A stretch of DNA of 64,000 nt from Octopus vulgaris (Eukaryota), in assembly GCA_951406725.2 (NCBI GenBank), contig OX597832.1, positions 64,108,001 through 64,172,000 on the forward strand. The letters are read 5' to 3'. Below the pieces are notes generated by a model. That model did not search any database, was not told the DNA's origin, and was given only the letters and a program-made list of their open reading frames with translations. Shown piece by piece: positions 42,055 to 56,339 of this stretch; positions within the stretch are counted from its first letter, which is position 1; each line of letters opens with the position of its first letter. A program made the translations under genes and the position numbers.

Positions 42055-42700
42055 CTAAAAGACCAAAAGCCAAAAAGAAATATAGTTGTAACCGATCGAC
42101 CATCGACCAATTACCGATATGTCGACGACATATATGTAGTTAATACAAGGTGTGATATGGAACAATTACTCACAAATGAAGTGTTAATATGAAAATTAAT
42201 TTCTCTGATGTTAACGTCACTTCGTCACCATCGTTTATACGAAAGTCACAAACAAATTTTTAGCACCATGAAAATAGCGACTGCCCTCTTAAAAAACAAG
42301 AAAAAGATGTCTATCGTAAAATCACTTATCGGAGAGAGAAGAAGAAAAACAAAGCGAGAGAGAAACATGTAATATTTTGTAAGCTTCAACGGCCGTAACG
42401 GTGGCTATAAATTTTTTTCCCCGAAACTTGAAGCAAATATCAGTCTATAATAGTTTATAGCAATAAATTGTTAGATAACATCGTAGTATATATAAGTGAA
42501 GCAAATCCAGAAAACACCAATAAGTGGCCATAAATGCATACAGGAAACCAATAACATCAGATTCCTCACACCAAACCCGACAAGCGACACATTGCATAAA
42601 ATATAAAGCGAAAAATTAAGCGAAAAAAAGTTTTTTTTACCACCACCATCACAACCACCACCACCACCACCACCACCACCACCACCACCACCACCACCAA

Positions 42701-42817
<117 letters not shown>

Positions 42818-43139
42818 CACACTTACTGCTGTTTTTACTGTAACAATTCAATAGAAAACATGTTTCTTACTGATATAAGCAGAACATATTTTAATGACAG
42901 TGATAAATCTGGAGACATTTATATGCCATCCGATCTATAAACGAGAACAACTGTTGATTCCCCGTCCGTCTGGACGATCAGTATTCAGTTTTGATTGCCG
43001 AAACCGAATTTCAACTGGTAAAATTAATAAAATATACGTGTAAGCCACTCAGCTCACACATATCATAATAGGCCGGATCACTCGGCATGTCTCAACGTGA
43101 GAATAAAAAAAAAACTGGACTGTGTTACTAATACATATG

Positions 43140-43800
43140 AAAGCGCGTGGCCTGGTGGTTAGGGTATTACGCTCACGATAGCTAGATCGCGGGTTCGATT
43201 CCCGGTTCGGGCGGAGCGTTGTGTTCTTGAAGGAAACACTTCATTTTACGTTTCTCCTGTCCACTCAGCAACAAATGGGTCACCCTGTGACGGAATAGTT
43301 CTACGATCAGGGGCAATATTGGTCTGTTCGCCTAGCCAGTAGGGTGGCGTCATTCGAAAGTTACAACTATCCAAAACGCATTGCGACCAGCGATGTATAA
43401 CACCCGATAATCTGGTCGGTACCGTAATATATATACCTAAACTTGTGGTTATCATATCTAATAATATAATCTAATATTATAATATGAAGGTGCGTAGCAT
43501 AGTAGTTAGGGTATTCAGCTCGTAATCGTGAGATCGTGGATTCTCGGCGGCGCGGTCTGTCCTTGAGCAAGACACTTTATTTCATATTTCTCCAGTACAC
43601 TCAACTGGCAAAAATGAGTTGTACCTGTAATTCAAAGGGCCAGCTTTGTAACATTTTGCGTCACACTAAATCTCCCTGAGAAATATGTGAAGGGTACGCG
43701 TGTTTGTGGAGTTCTCAGCCACTTGCACGTTAATCTCATGAGTAGCCTGTTCTGTTGATCGGATCAACTGGAACCCTTGTCGTAAGCGACGGAATGCCAT
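43140..43800 (+). mobile_element. Two SINE family C-type copies
   Basis: tRNA-like heads gcgcgtggcctggtggttaggg...gggttcgattccc and ggtgcgtagcatagtagttaggg, then tgtccttgagcaagacac; the second copy has the family C tail. Confidence 0.8.
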
Positions 43801-44025
43801 TTATATATATATATGTATGTAAAACTATGATAATAACAGACTTATATTATACCTACGTACGTTTCACCCTTGCGCTTATTAGTATTCTCTGCACTAGACG
43901 TCGGAAATGCTATTGGATGCACAAGTCAAGTGCCTGATTATACTTTAAACTCATCACTAGCAGTAGTACATGAAAGTGTACACACAAGATCTATCTATCT
44001 ACCTATCACCTCTCTCTCTCTCTCT

Positions 44026-44119
<94 letters not shown>

Positions 44120-46208
44120 TTGTGTGTGTGATACATATATAGCGAAAGCAGAATAAAACAGGAGATATTTGTTATAGCCTTTTTATTTTAACCTTTAGCA
44201 CACTGCATTTTCCTTAGAATTGTTTCCCTTGCCACTGGCCTGTCACTACAGTGGAGATAACTTATACGGTGACATGTGGCACCTATAGTATGCAAAAGGC
44301 GAATATCATGAATTACGTAGCCTTGCATGCGTTTCACTAGTGAATTCTGGTACGTTATGCGATACGAAGTCGTTTGCTTAACTGCGTTGAATCGTCAAAT
44401 CTTCAGAAGAATATTGTGTGCTTAAAAAAAAAAATCTCATCGGACAATTTCATGGTTTACTACAACTGCCAAATTAATAGCGGACGAAAATTCCTATTCG
44501 AACAATGTCATACACTCTTAAAAGATTGTACTTATAATGCATAAATCGCTGCATATAAATATGCAGTATTATGCAATTTATACGATCGAAACACGTGTCG
44601 GACAACTACTATGAATAAACTAACTGGAAATAAACATTAAGTTTGAATTTTCAAATTCTTCATTTTCGTTATTATCAATAGTGTACTTTACACTCTAACC
44701 AAGAATTGAACTGTAACATCGGTTGAGAGCAAGTATTTTAATTATCGATTCCCAAAAGATCAAAGTTGAGATAGAACTCCGATGTATTCGAACTCAAGGC
44801 ATAGAAAGCCCAAACGCATTAGACAAACTAATTATTTATGCTCAAACGATTCTTCCAGTTCCCTCAGAACTACTGACACAGGAGATGAGCCAAATAGGTC
44901 GAGCAGTGAAATCGTTGAATGATACTGTTTGGTATTAGTTGCATATAATTAAGTGGTTCAGGGTAACCATATTTCACCACTGCCATCAAAATATAGTTAC
45001 GTTCTGCCAGAAACAACAGCCAGATTTTTCTTATATCATACACATAACTTGTGTTCTTTATAAGGTGACTAGTTTGCAGTGTTAACATTGTCATTTTTTT
45101 CTATTTCCAGGTGGATCTGATCGCACACACACACACACGTATCATAATTTATTACCTGCAAAGCAACATAAGAAACTCGAGGGCTATATAAGTCTTCGTA
45201 TGAATGTATGTATATGTATGTGTGTGCACAGACACATACGGGTACACAAGCATTAAATGCACATATATATGGACATACACTGGTATAAACATATATAATC
45301 ATACATAAATTGACCTCCTTCTCAATACATATATATATGTAGGATTATGGATGTGTGTGTGTGTGTGCATATATATATACACACATACATATATACACAC
45401 ATACACACGCACACACATATATATAAAAATACATATATACACAGTAACGTATATCTATACATACACACATATATATCATGGAATTAAGCATCAACATACA
45501 CAGAAACACGCGCATACCTACCTCTCCCCTCTATTCACACACACACACACAATTACACATAAATCATTTAAACGCCGAGAGTTTGCTCCGATAGTATTTT
45601 CGTGAAGCATCCTCGATATATCGTGTAACAGTTCAGCTATATTAATGTCCTCTATGATTCATGGTAGGTCAACTCAGGGCCAGTTGCCATCAATTAGAAT
45701 GCCTGACAGATAGCCCGGTTCACACGCACTTCATAGTAGCATTAATCTTTGGTATCGATATCGTTAAGATGCGGGACATTCTCCTGAAATCCTGTCCGCA
45801 AAATGCCGCCCTGAAAACTCGATTACGTTAACTTCCTGTTATATCATTACACGGAATTTTCGTATATTCGCCCAAACATTACTGACTACTTAAATGCATT
45901 ATATTTTCAATAGATTAAAATGCATTTAATTATTAATTAATGCAAAAATAAAATTAATTAATCACTAATTACGTTTTATATTTTTTTATTAAAATATATT
46001 TCTGATTTATCTCCCCTTACCTTCTGTTTAACCAGATTTTATCATTAAGCTAATGGCTTTATTCTCGTCAATATAGACGGAATTTTAACTAATTCAATTA
46101 TCTTAATTCACTATATTAAGCATTAGCACTGACTTAGTAACATTGTTGCATATAAACAAGGTTGGCTGAGAGTTCAGCGAGAAGATATTTATGTGTCTGG
46201 CGAATATA

Positions 46209-46269
<61 letters not shown>

Positions 46270-46586
46270 GTATGAATATAAGTGTGTGTGTGTATGTATG
46301 CGCGTATAGTGTGTAAGGTGTGTGAGTGTTATCGTACGTCTTTGTGTGTTTATGTATGCTTGTATATGTGCATAGAGAAGGGTTATATATTTTTGTATAC
46401 ACATGCACGCACATACGTGTGTGTGTATTTCTATGCGGATATATATATATATATGTATATATACACTAATACAAATACATGCGCATATATGTATGAAATA
46501 TATACATTCTTATACATAATACATATATATAGCAACAAAGTTCATAGATGTACATCATACACACACGTTTAATGCATATACACATG

Positions 46587-46681
<95 letters not shown>

Positions 46682-46822
46682 ATATCTATCCATGCACCTA
46701 TTTGTCTGTCTGCCTGTCTATGAATTTAAAAGCTTTTGTAAAGATTGCTTGATGCAGTAACAATAAAGAGAAAAATATATTTTATTAAAGAAATTGCTTT
46801 TGTTTAACAGAATGTCACTAAC

Positions 46823-46936
46823 CTTTGTGGAAGGGTTTTGTACAGAGCATTCTGTGTGTAAGCGCATTTCAAGTTTATCCATAAAGAGGAAGTTGTATTG
46901 TTTTTTTTAACGGTATTAACTATTTCTAATATAGTA
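46823..46936 (-). CDS. Candidate exon (phase 2-2), TILEIVNTVKKNNTTSSLWINLKCAYTQNALYKTLPQ
   Basis: Acceptor aattttcaatacag, donor AG|GTTAGT, 114 nt open. Weak cadherin-like strand pattern. Confidence 0.3.
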
Positions 46937-47022
46937 CTGTATTGAAAATTGTTATAAATTATTCTTCCTTTCTCTTTCGTAGTTGATTGATTTCTTCTTA
47001 TATTGTGCAAAAAGATTATATA

Positions 47023-47062
<40 letters not shown>

Positions 47063-47089
47063 CATATATATATACATACATATATATAT

Positions 47090-47880
47090 ATTGCTGTATT
47101 TGGGTATGGTCATGTTGCTAGTTTAGCCAATGAAAATAAACACACTATATATTTGGTGTTCATTTGCTTCAGCTTTATATTATATTAATTGTATTTTGGC
47201 CAGAGTTCTTTCGTCACACTTCTCTGACCTCATCAGTGGTCCTATGCTTTCTTCTTTCTTTTTTGTGTGTCTCTCCTTACTAACGATCCGCCATTTCGTA
47301 TTCGTGTTGTATGTGTCTTTATTTGCGTCTACGTATATCCCTGTGTGTGTCTATGTCTGGTAAGTGTGTGCGGGGTGAATGTGCCTATATTTTCCGTATC
47401 TCCTGTTTGTTCACGTTCGTTTAATCTACTTTTATCTATTTTATTCATTTGTTTTTATCGACTTACATTTTCATTTCTTTCTGTTTTTGTATTAATTTAA
47501 TTTATTTTGTTTATATATATATATTTAACTCCATTTATTTATCTTTGTATTGTATTAGTTTCATATTATTACCTGTTTAGAGAATCGTATTCTGTCATAG
47601 GTTGTGGTGTGTGGGGTGTGTTTGCTAGTGTTCCATTCTAGTTTTCAATTTAGGTTAGGTTTATCTTCTACTGTGTGTGTGGCTTCCGTAATTTGTCTAA
47701 GCGTTGCGTCTGTCCTTTGTGTGGACACATTAAAATCTTGTTCACACATAGAGCAGTCTTATCCTTAATGGTGATAACTGATGAAGAGTTAGGGATCTTC
47801 GGTGTCTTTCTCCTGTCCAGTTGTACACTCAGTATACGCGTACTTTCTTTACGTGTCGTTTTTTATTTACAATACATTTT
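47090..47880 (-). mobile_element. Decayed Penelope-like element (family 3) with terminal hammerhead
   Basis: HHR at 47198-47242. The terminus resembles 14062-14200. Only faint endonuclease-tail remnants at about 47640-47850. Confidence 0.55.
47198..47242 (-). ncRNA. Minimal hammerhead motif (family 3; canonical CUGAUGA core)
   Basis: Reverse complement ggacca-CTGATGA-g-gtca(gagaagtg)tgac-GAAAG-aa-CTC-tggcc. Confidence 0.7.
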
Positions 47881-47882
47881 TC

Positions 47883-47947
<65 letters not shown>

Positions 47948-48332
47948 CAAATGGGTGTGTTATAACACTATTCCACATATACAAAAACAGCCACACCAGC
48001 AACCCAACATATCCCCATCATCAGCTGCTTCACGGATATCATTAGGGTTTCGACCCCTCGGCAGTACCATAATTCGTTGTTAAATACACTTCATCTTCCC
48101 ACTCATCTTTTACTAATGATTTTAGGAAGATATTGACACTGCAGGGCTCGAACCACGCACTACCATTGGGGTTCCATATCAATTACATCAAACAGCATTC
48201 CCTTCCTCATTTCTTTGTCTACTTATAAGCGCAGGCAACATCCTCAAATATTAGTTAAAAATTTTGGCATAAGTCCAGCAAGCTCAGGAGCGGGGGCAAG
48301 ACGATTACATCGACGCTACTGCTCAACTAGTA

Positions 48333-48521
48333 CAATATTCCCTCGCCATATCGCGGTTCACTTACCGCGGTTTATTTTTTAAAGCTTACGGCAATTCCTC
48401 CGTGGCGTTGTTTTGCATTTATAATAAAATAAATATATACAAATTATAGAAATAATAACAAAATATATCGCGAGGGTGGGGGAAGTTGGAAGTAATACTC
48501 GCGATACTCGGGGGATTACGG
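48333..48521. mobile_element. pogo-type MITE nested in a SINE family A copy (about 48260-48650)
   Basis: TIRs caatattccctcgccatatcgcgg / tcgcgatactcgggggattacgg with TA duplication. The SINE sequence caactag-ta-cttatttt resumes on either side. Confidence 0.75.
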
Positions 48522-48829
48522 TACTTATTTTACCGACCTTGAAAGGATGAAAAGCAAAGTCAATCTCGGTGGAATTTGACCTCATAAAGATGGACGAAAT
48601 GCCGCTAAACGTTTGCCCGGTGTGCTTACAATTCTGCCAGCTCGCTGCCTTTCAATAACCTCAAAGCTTACAAACGTTTCATGGATGAATTTTCAACGTC
48701 GTGACGCTCGCAGCGTAGGTTATTTTTTGTAACATACTCAGTTGTTGGACAGCACGGGTTCATTTAATGCATAGGAAGGGAGAAGTATCTTTCTGAGTAT
48801 GTTTATGAATATATGTGTACCGTTTTATC

Positions 48830-49225
48830 TTCTATCTTTTACTTGTTTCTGGCAGTGAATGACGGCCATTCTGGGGCATCGTATTTAAGAGTTTAGGTTG
48901 AACAGATCAATCACGGGACTCATATTTTTAAAGTCTGGTTCTTATTCTATCAGTGTATTTTGCCGCACCGCTATGTTGTAGTGTTGCAAAGAAACTAACA
49001 ACAGTTAGGAATCGACAGAGGGTTATATCCTCACACACACACGCACACATACACGCACACACGCACGCACACACACACACACACACACACACCCACACAC
49101 ACACTGTTTCTACCAAATTCTCTTGTAAGGCATTGATCGGCCTAGGATTATAGTAGACAACTTTTGCCCAAGGTGCCACGAAGTGAATCACGTGGCTGCC
49201 AGACAAGCTTCTTAACAACACAGTG
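48830..49225 (-). mobile_element. Decayed SINE family B
   Basis: tttacttgtttc...gcccaaggtgccacg...gcttcttaacaacacag. Confidence 0.75.
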
Positions 49226-51639
49226 ATGTCTGGAGTGGACTCCATCACTTAAAGTGACGTTTTATTTGATCAGCCTGGAGAGGACGGAAACCCAAGTTGA
49301 CATTGGTGGCATTTGAACATGAAACATGAAGAGGCGTAAGCATTTTGTCAGACACTTTAACGATTGTGCCAACTTACAACTCTTAAATATAAAAATATTG
49401 ATGAAGCTTTATATGTAGATGAACATAAAACATCATCATGTGAGCATCGGCTCAAACAACAAAAATATATATATATATATACAAGACAAAATAAAATTAA
49501 GAGAAAATATCTTGCTCCATTTAGTTATCTCCCTTTATGTATAATGCATTAAAATCCCGCTAGGGGATTAATTTTGCCATTCATCTTTTCGTGTGAGGGG
49601 AGCAGGTTGAAATGGGAGGTATTGGTTTAAAACCAGGAATCAATCGTCGATTATTGGAATCGATTAAATCGATTATATTCCTGCTTTCCTACAAAACATT
49701 TTGTTTTTAGCTTTGTGACGTTATAAAACCAAAAAAACCCAAAAAATCCCATTAAAATCGGACCTCTGTGATGACGTATCTTTTAAAACAGACGCCCGTA
49801 TGCTCACTAAGGGATCGTCATAAAAGGAAGAAATATGAAATAAATAAATGATAGTAATAATAATAATAACATAGGAACGTCATTAAAATCAGCATTGGTT
49901 CAATTCCCATGAGAGCACTAACCAATATGCTGCTGGAAGAAATCCACTGGAAAAATGGTTTCGATGAAAACCGAAAACACAGACAATATACATTTCGTTT
50001 CTTTATAATTCTGCTTCTGTTTATACGTGTCTATATCTGCTTATATGCATGTGTATATATGTATATACGCTGGCACACACACACGCACACACACACACAC
50101 GCACACACACACGTTTATGTAGGAGTGTGTATGTGTGCATCGTTGCATGTGTATGCGTCTCTGCGAGTGGCTTCTGTGTATGGTTGTGTTAGTGTTGCGC
50201 TTCTATTTATCTGTGCGTGGGTGTGCTAATGCGTGGGATTAAATATATGCACATGCTTGTGTGTATGGGCACATGTACGGGATCTGTATTTGTGTACGCG
50301 CGTGGGTTTTTATGTATGTGAGTGGGAAACTGTACGTCTTTTTATAGTCTTATGCGAATATATGTGTATGTATTTATGTATGGCTTTATGTGTGTGTATA
50401 TACACGGGCATATATCTATATGCGTCAGTGTTCGTGTATATATCTGGTCGTATTAATTGCCAATCTGTGTATACGTTTATACGTGTGTGTGTGTGTGTAC
50501 ATGTGTATTTTTTATGTGTATGTATGTGCGGTTAAGTGATTGTGTGAAGATGTGGGTATGTGCGTACGTATCTCTTCCCGTATTTGTGTATGTGTGTATA
50601 GCTATATCCTAGCGTTTATGCATTTGTATGAGCGAAACTGTGTATGTGTGTATTATGTATGTAAGACGGGCATTGTTTTTTCTCCATTCTTTGACTCTGA
50701 CATTTACATCCCCTTCAACGCATCATCGGTCTGCTAGAAACAACAGCCATCTTTCCCTCAAATTAAACCATTCACTTTCGTATTGAACAATATAGCTTAA
50801 AGAAAATAAGGATCTCGATCAGAATTTCCAGCCATGAGATTTCAGTTGTTTGATCTACGGAATAAAACTGCGCATTGAATCAACATGTCTATGGCTGAGT
50901 ACTCCGCGAAGTGCGAGCATGACACAATGTGTGACAAGACTGGAACTTGGAATTATCAGTAAAATCCATCCATTTCATAGGCATCCGTACAGTTTCCATC
51001 GACTCAGTTTCATTCTGAAGTTGTGGATCGACGCGGAGTTATGGAGAATTTGCTCTTGTCCTCGATGCCAAAGAGTGGGACGTAACTTGGGGCCTTGTGA
51101 TTGTGAGGCCAACTTCTCAAACATTCGGTCATGCTGCACCTATGACATAAGTTAGACACGCATGAAGAAGACTTGATGGTCTTGACTTGAATATTTTTTG
51201 GTTTTTACAGCTCTGCTCAGTCAGAACTGACCTGGGGCTAAATAACAACAACAACAACAATAACAACAAAAACATCCCATCATTGATGAGATTGCGGCTC
51301 TTGAGTTCCCATTTCGTGTGTCACTCTGAAGTGCATTTCATTTCTAAACCATCCCACCTTTTCCATCCACCCTCACTTCCTACTGGCTTCATTCGATCAG
51401 TGAAACAATAAACTACTTTTCACAGAAAAGGTTTGTGTGTGTATGTGCGCGCGCGCGCGCGCGTGTTTGTTTGTGTGTGTGTGTGTGTTGTGAGCTAAAA
51501 TCTCGAAATTTATAACTCTGAGTCTCATGTTCTTGATTATTAAGCAAAATCTGAAGAATGGAACTGGAAAATTTTAAAGTGAATATTCAGAAAATGGAAA
51601 CACAATCACACACATACACACGCGAGCTGTTTTTTTTTT

Positions 51640-51784
51640 TTACTTGTTTCAGTCATTAGTTTGCGGCCATGCTGGGGCACCTCCTTGTAGCGAATCGACC
51701 CCCAGGCCTTATTGTTTTGTAAAGCCTCGTACTTATTCTATCGGTCTCTTTTGCGGAACTGATTATCAAGCGGTGATGGGGGAT

Positions 51785-51833
<49 letters not shown>

Positions 51834-51984
51834 CGCGCAACGAGCCGCTTTGTGTTTCTGCATACCAAATCCCCTCACAAGTCTTTGGTCAACCCGAGGC
51901 TTTGGTTGAAGATACTTGCCCAAGGCGTCACGTTGTGGTACGGAATCCTAAACCATGTGGTTAGGAAGCAAACTGCTTACCACG
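51640..51984 (-). mobile_element. SINE family B
   Basis: tacttgtttcagtcatt...gcggccatgctggggcac...acttgcccaagg...aaccatgtggtt. Confidence 0.8.
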
Positions 51985-52049
51985 TTGGTTGAATGTAAGA
52001 TTGAAGAAGTTTATAAATTCATACAATTTATAAAAATGTGTGTGTGTGT

Positions 52050-52111
<62 letters not shown>

Positions 52112-52332
52112 TTGTATGTAAGTGTATGTATAAAATCAGAAAAAAACATGATAGAAATAAAGATGGAGAGAGCAATATTACGAATGAGAAACTTGTACAT
52201 AACCAAATACACACACACACGCATACTTATATACACACAAATGAATAGCAAGGACACATATCTCAGACAATGAAAGTCGAAAGCTAGACTCGATAAAAGG
52301 TGAAAACCAATAGAAATGTCTGATATACTTAC

Positions 52333-52503
52333 GGCTTTGTATATGACAGGTAAAGTAAGAATATTTGTTCCAACGGGGGCATTTTCAACCACAGCTGCTT
52401 CATAGAAGGATTTTGAAAATATCAAAGACGTATCGTTTTGGGCAAGAACATCAACTTGTAGGAGAGCAATACAGAACCTTTCTTCGCTGTTTGCTTGAAC
52501 ACC
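52333..52503 (-). CDS. Cadherin-superfamily internal exon (phase 0-0), GVQANSEERFCIALLQVDVLAQNDTSLIFSKSFYEAAVVENAPVGTNILTLPVIYKA
   Basis: Acceptor tttctaatttcag, donor GCC|GTAAGT, 171 nt (57 codons). It spans a cadherin inter-repeat junction: L.V.V...N.....F....Y.A.V.EN.PVGT.I. Confidence 0.88.
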
Positions 52504-52817
52504 CTGAAATTAGAAACAGAACGATTTTGATAACAAGAATCATTGGACGGTGGGGGGGGGTCTTCTTCAATTATCGCTAGAGATCCTCCTGTGTCAGGAG
52601 GGTCACATCATTATCATCCATGGCTCCTTTATTTCTATTTTTTATTTTATTTTTACTATTGTATACTGTTATGCTTCCTTTCTCACTTATTTTCTATAAC
52701 TCTTTTATCTTATACCTGTTACTTGTTTCAGTCATTAGTCTGTGGCCATGCTGGAGCACCGCCTCGAGTATATATATGTATATTTCCTCTCATTTCATTA
52801 TATGTAAGCCCCTATAT

Positions 52818-53826
52818 TTGACGGGCGAAATACCGTTAAGCATTTCGTCCAGCGTGCTAACAATTCTGTCAGCGAGCCACCTTCAATAATAATAAAAATA
52901 ATAACAATAATAATAATAAAAATAAAAATTATAGTGGTTTCAAGTTTTGGCACAAGGCCAGCGCATTTAGGGATAGTGAGTAAATTGATTTCATTGATAT
53001 CCAGTGCTCGACTGTTATGTGTTTTATCGACCTTGAACAAAAGAAAGAAAGGCAAAGTCGACGCGTCAACAAACTTTGAAATCCCTGTGTAAAGAGCCGG
53101 AAGAAATTCCGCCAAGCATTTTGTTCGATGCACAAACGAGCTTGCCAGTTCGCCGTCTTATGCATGTAATAATAATTATATGAACAATAATAATAATAAT
53201 TATTTCAAATTTTTGCCCAAGAGCATCTGGGAAGAGGTGGGGATGAGTCGATTAATTCGACCCCAGTGTTCAATAGGTACTTATTTTATCGACCCCTAAA
53301 GAATAAAAGGCAAAATCGACCTTGGCGGAATTTGAACTCAGAACGTAGCGACTGGCGAAATACCTATTTCTTTACTACCCACAAGGGACTAAACACAGAG
53401 AGGACAAACAAGGACAGACAAACGGATTAAGTCGATTACATCGACCCCAGTGCGTAATTGGTACTTAATTTATCGACTCCGAAAGGATGAAAGGTAAAGT
53501 CGACCTCGGCGGAATTTGTACGTAACGGCAGACGAAATACGGCTACGCATTTCGCCCGGCGTGCTAACGTTTCTGCCAGCTCGCCGCCTTAACAATAATA
53601 ATGATAATACTAATAATGGTTTCAAATTTTGGCACAAGGCCAGCAATATCAGCGGAGGGGTTAAGTTGATTACATCGAGCACAGCAGTTGACTGGTACTT
53701 ATTTTATCAACTCAAAAAAGATGAAAAGCAAAGACGAACTTGGCGGAATTTGGACTCAGAACGTAAAGATAGACAAATGCCGTTAAACATTGTGCCTGGT
53801 GTGCTAACTATTCTCCCAGCTCACCT
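52818..53826 (-). mobile_element. Tandem array of about 5 SINE family A units, including a dimer at about 53205-53590
   Basis: Repeated cores and heads (ctgccagctcgccgcct) separated by (AAT)n. Confidence 0.88.
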
Positions 53827-53859
53827 AATGATAATAATAATGATAATAATAGTAATAAT

Positions 53860-54362
53860 GCCCTGATGCAATACTAAGTGGCTCTCATGGCCTCTCATCT
53901 TAACTGATTGGAAGTGTTTTCATGTACATTGTTTTGTCTTGGTATACCACAGCTTTGCTTGTCAGTTGTTTGACCTTAGTCATTTGAGCATGTCCCTTAG
54001 TGGCTGACGATATATACATCTCTGATCACAAGCAGAAGTAGTTGGGGAGCATCATAGTCATCTGTTGAGAGGGCCTCTTTGGGGTCTGATTGATTCACCC
54101 CTGGAAGCATGGCTGTTTTTTCATCATCCTTAAATAACTCTTATTCAGGGACCTTTTGAGCGGGATGGGCTATTAGATCTGAAAGAAATTCTAACTAAGG
54201 TCATGCGCAGTTTGTCTTGATATGAAGTCATCATGTCGCGCACATATGGTCGTGATGCATGGGCCTGTTGTAACTTTATCAGTCGAGTAGTCACGAGGGG
54301 TCTATTGGGCTTTGTAAGTTTGTACCCCTGCGTCACCTTGATGACTTGTGTTGCTTTATCAA
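53860..54362. repeat. Unclassified interspersed repeat between (AAT)n and (TTA)n; related fragments at about 11790-11990, 24690-24740 and 30740-30900
   Basis: Shared strings agtggctctcatggc, tcttgatatga...catgtcgcgcacatatgg (reverse complement at 30781-30815) and ttagtggctgac (reverse complement at about 11880). Confidence 0.65.
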
Positions 54363-54407
<45 letters not shown>

Positions 54408-54423
54408 AATAATAATAATAATA

Positions 54424-54464
<41 letters not shown>

Positions 54465-55879
54465 CTTCATCTTCATTACTAAAAGACCTGTTGATAATAT
54501 ACAATAAGTGTGAATTATATTTTCTATAGCTCAATGACAATTGAGTTTAACAATTAATAACTAATATAATTTAGCAATAACCGAATTACTGTGATAATAT
54601 TTAAGAAAGCAGCCGAAGTAGTTATGGTATTATATACTAACTTAAATATTGAATTAAAGGAAAAATAGACAATATGGCTGTGAAGAAATGTGTTTTGTCT
54701 CATTCGTAGCTGCTTCAACTGAGATGATAAACATCTTTGTGTGTGTTGTGTAACTGTGTGTGTTTGTATTAAGTTTGCGTATTAAGTCTAGTAATTTATG
54801 TTATAATCACACCTGATGGTTTCTATTATATAAAACAGAAAAAAAACGGGGCTGTGACGTATAACACGAAAGAAGAGTGTTAGGTGTTAGGTGAAGCCAA
54901 GAGATATTTCCCTTTAACTTTTGAGTTCAAACCATGCGAGGATTGACTTTGTGTTTCATGCCTCTGATATTTTTTTTTCGCATTTCTATACTGGAGTCGT
55001 TAATACAAACAATTGAGATTGTTAATGCAAACACGACTTGTATCTTGAAAATGGTAATGGAAGTATCAGTTTTGTACTTGAGTAATCAACAAAGAACCAG
55101 TTGTTTAGTGCTGGTACCAGTCGTATATTACGGTCATTGTCACCAGTTATGTACTTGTTTCAATAAAAGCTACTCAAATTCTGAAACTTGTTCAGTAGTA
55201 TTAAGTCTTTATCACCACGTTTAGGCTTCGAACCTCGACTTGGATCGTTTTTACTTTTATCCCTTCGAGGGTCGATGATACATACATATACACGTATTTT
55301 TAGCGTCTATGTAAGCTCAAAAGTATCGACCATCTCCACGAATCACACTCTGCCGTCTTAAAGAAAGGATCCATTGAATATTGAGGTTTCCAGTTCCTTG
55401 GAAACGGATAGGTGGGGGTGAGGGTGTAAGGACATGACGTGATCTTGAAGACCCAGGGTTAAATAGCATCAACAACGTATGTTAGATTGCTAGAGGACAT
55501 GATTGTTAGAGGAGAAAGTGTGAGCTCTTGTCTAAAGGACCTCACGAGGGAAAGTTTCGTAATCGGCCAAAAGCCTATCTTGTTCCACGTCCCCAAACAC
55601 CTTAGTAGCTCATTTTTGACGTTTTTAGGCAATCCTGAGCAGATCACTTTTTTTACTTTTGTCTCTTGGCAATACTGTCTACAAGGTGCGGAAAGAAAAA
55701 CCTCCTACATTATATTTTACAGGCGGACATACTTTCAGTAGGAAATACAAAGTGAACCATATATATAACAAGAGCACTGAGAGAGCGCAAAATTCCGCCA
55801 AGGCATACACTAACGTTCTCTCAACGTTTAATCGGAGATGATTTTTAAAATGAGAATATCTGAAATAAACTCGACTGCT

Positions 55880-56125
55880 CTCACAAACGAGAATAGTAAA
55901 AATGAACCAAAATTAAGCAAAAAAAAAACAGGAAAAATAATCCAGGATCCTTGTCTGGGACCGAATCGATCCCTAGATCTAATCAGGTCGTGCCAGTCAC
56001 GAGGCCAAACATCCCTGAAAGTTTCATCCGAATTCATCGGGTGGTTCTTGAGATATCTTGATTACGGATAAGCTAACAAACACGACTGAAAACAATACCT
56101 CGGCCTTAGCGAAGGCGGAGGTAAT
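55880..56125 (+). mobile_element. Helentron-associated (HINE/DINE-like) element 3' portion
   Basis: Ends in hairpin tacctc-ggcctt-agcg-aaggc-ggaggta-a, preceded by aagtttcat...ggttcttgagatat as typical of HINEs. Confidence 0.55.
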
Positions 56126-56214
56126 AACAAATTAAATAGTAAAACATGAGTAATCAAAAGACAATTTCCACCTGAATTTCTACACTAGCGTCACTCTAAC
56201 GGCAGTGCGAGAGG

Positions 56215-56339
<125 letters not shown>

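Noticed and set aside
52818-53826. Regularly spaced repeats resembling a CRISPR array
   Set aside because: The units are 150-400 bp degenerate SINEs in eukaryotic DNA, with no cas genes.
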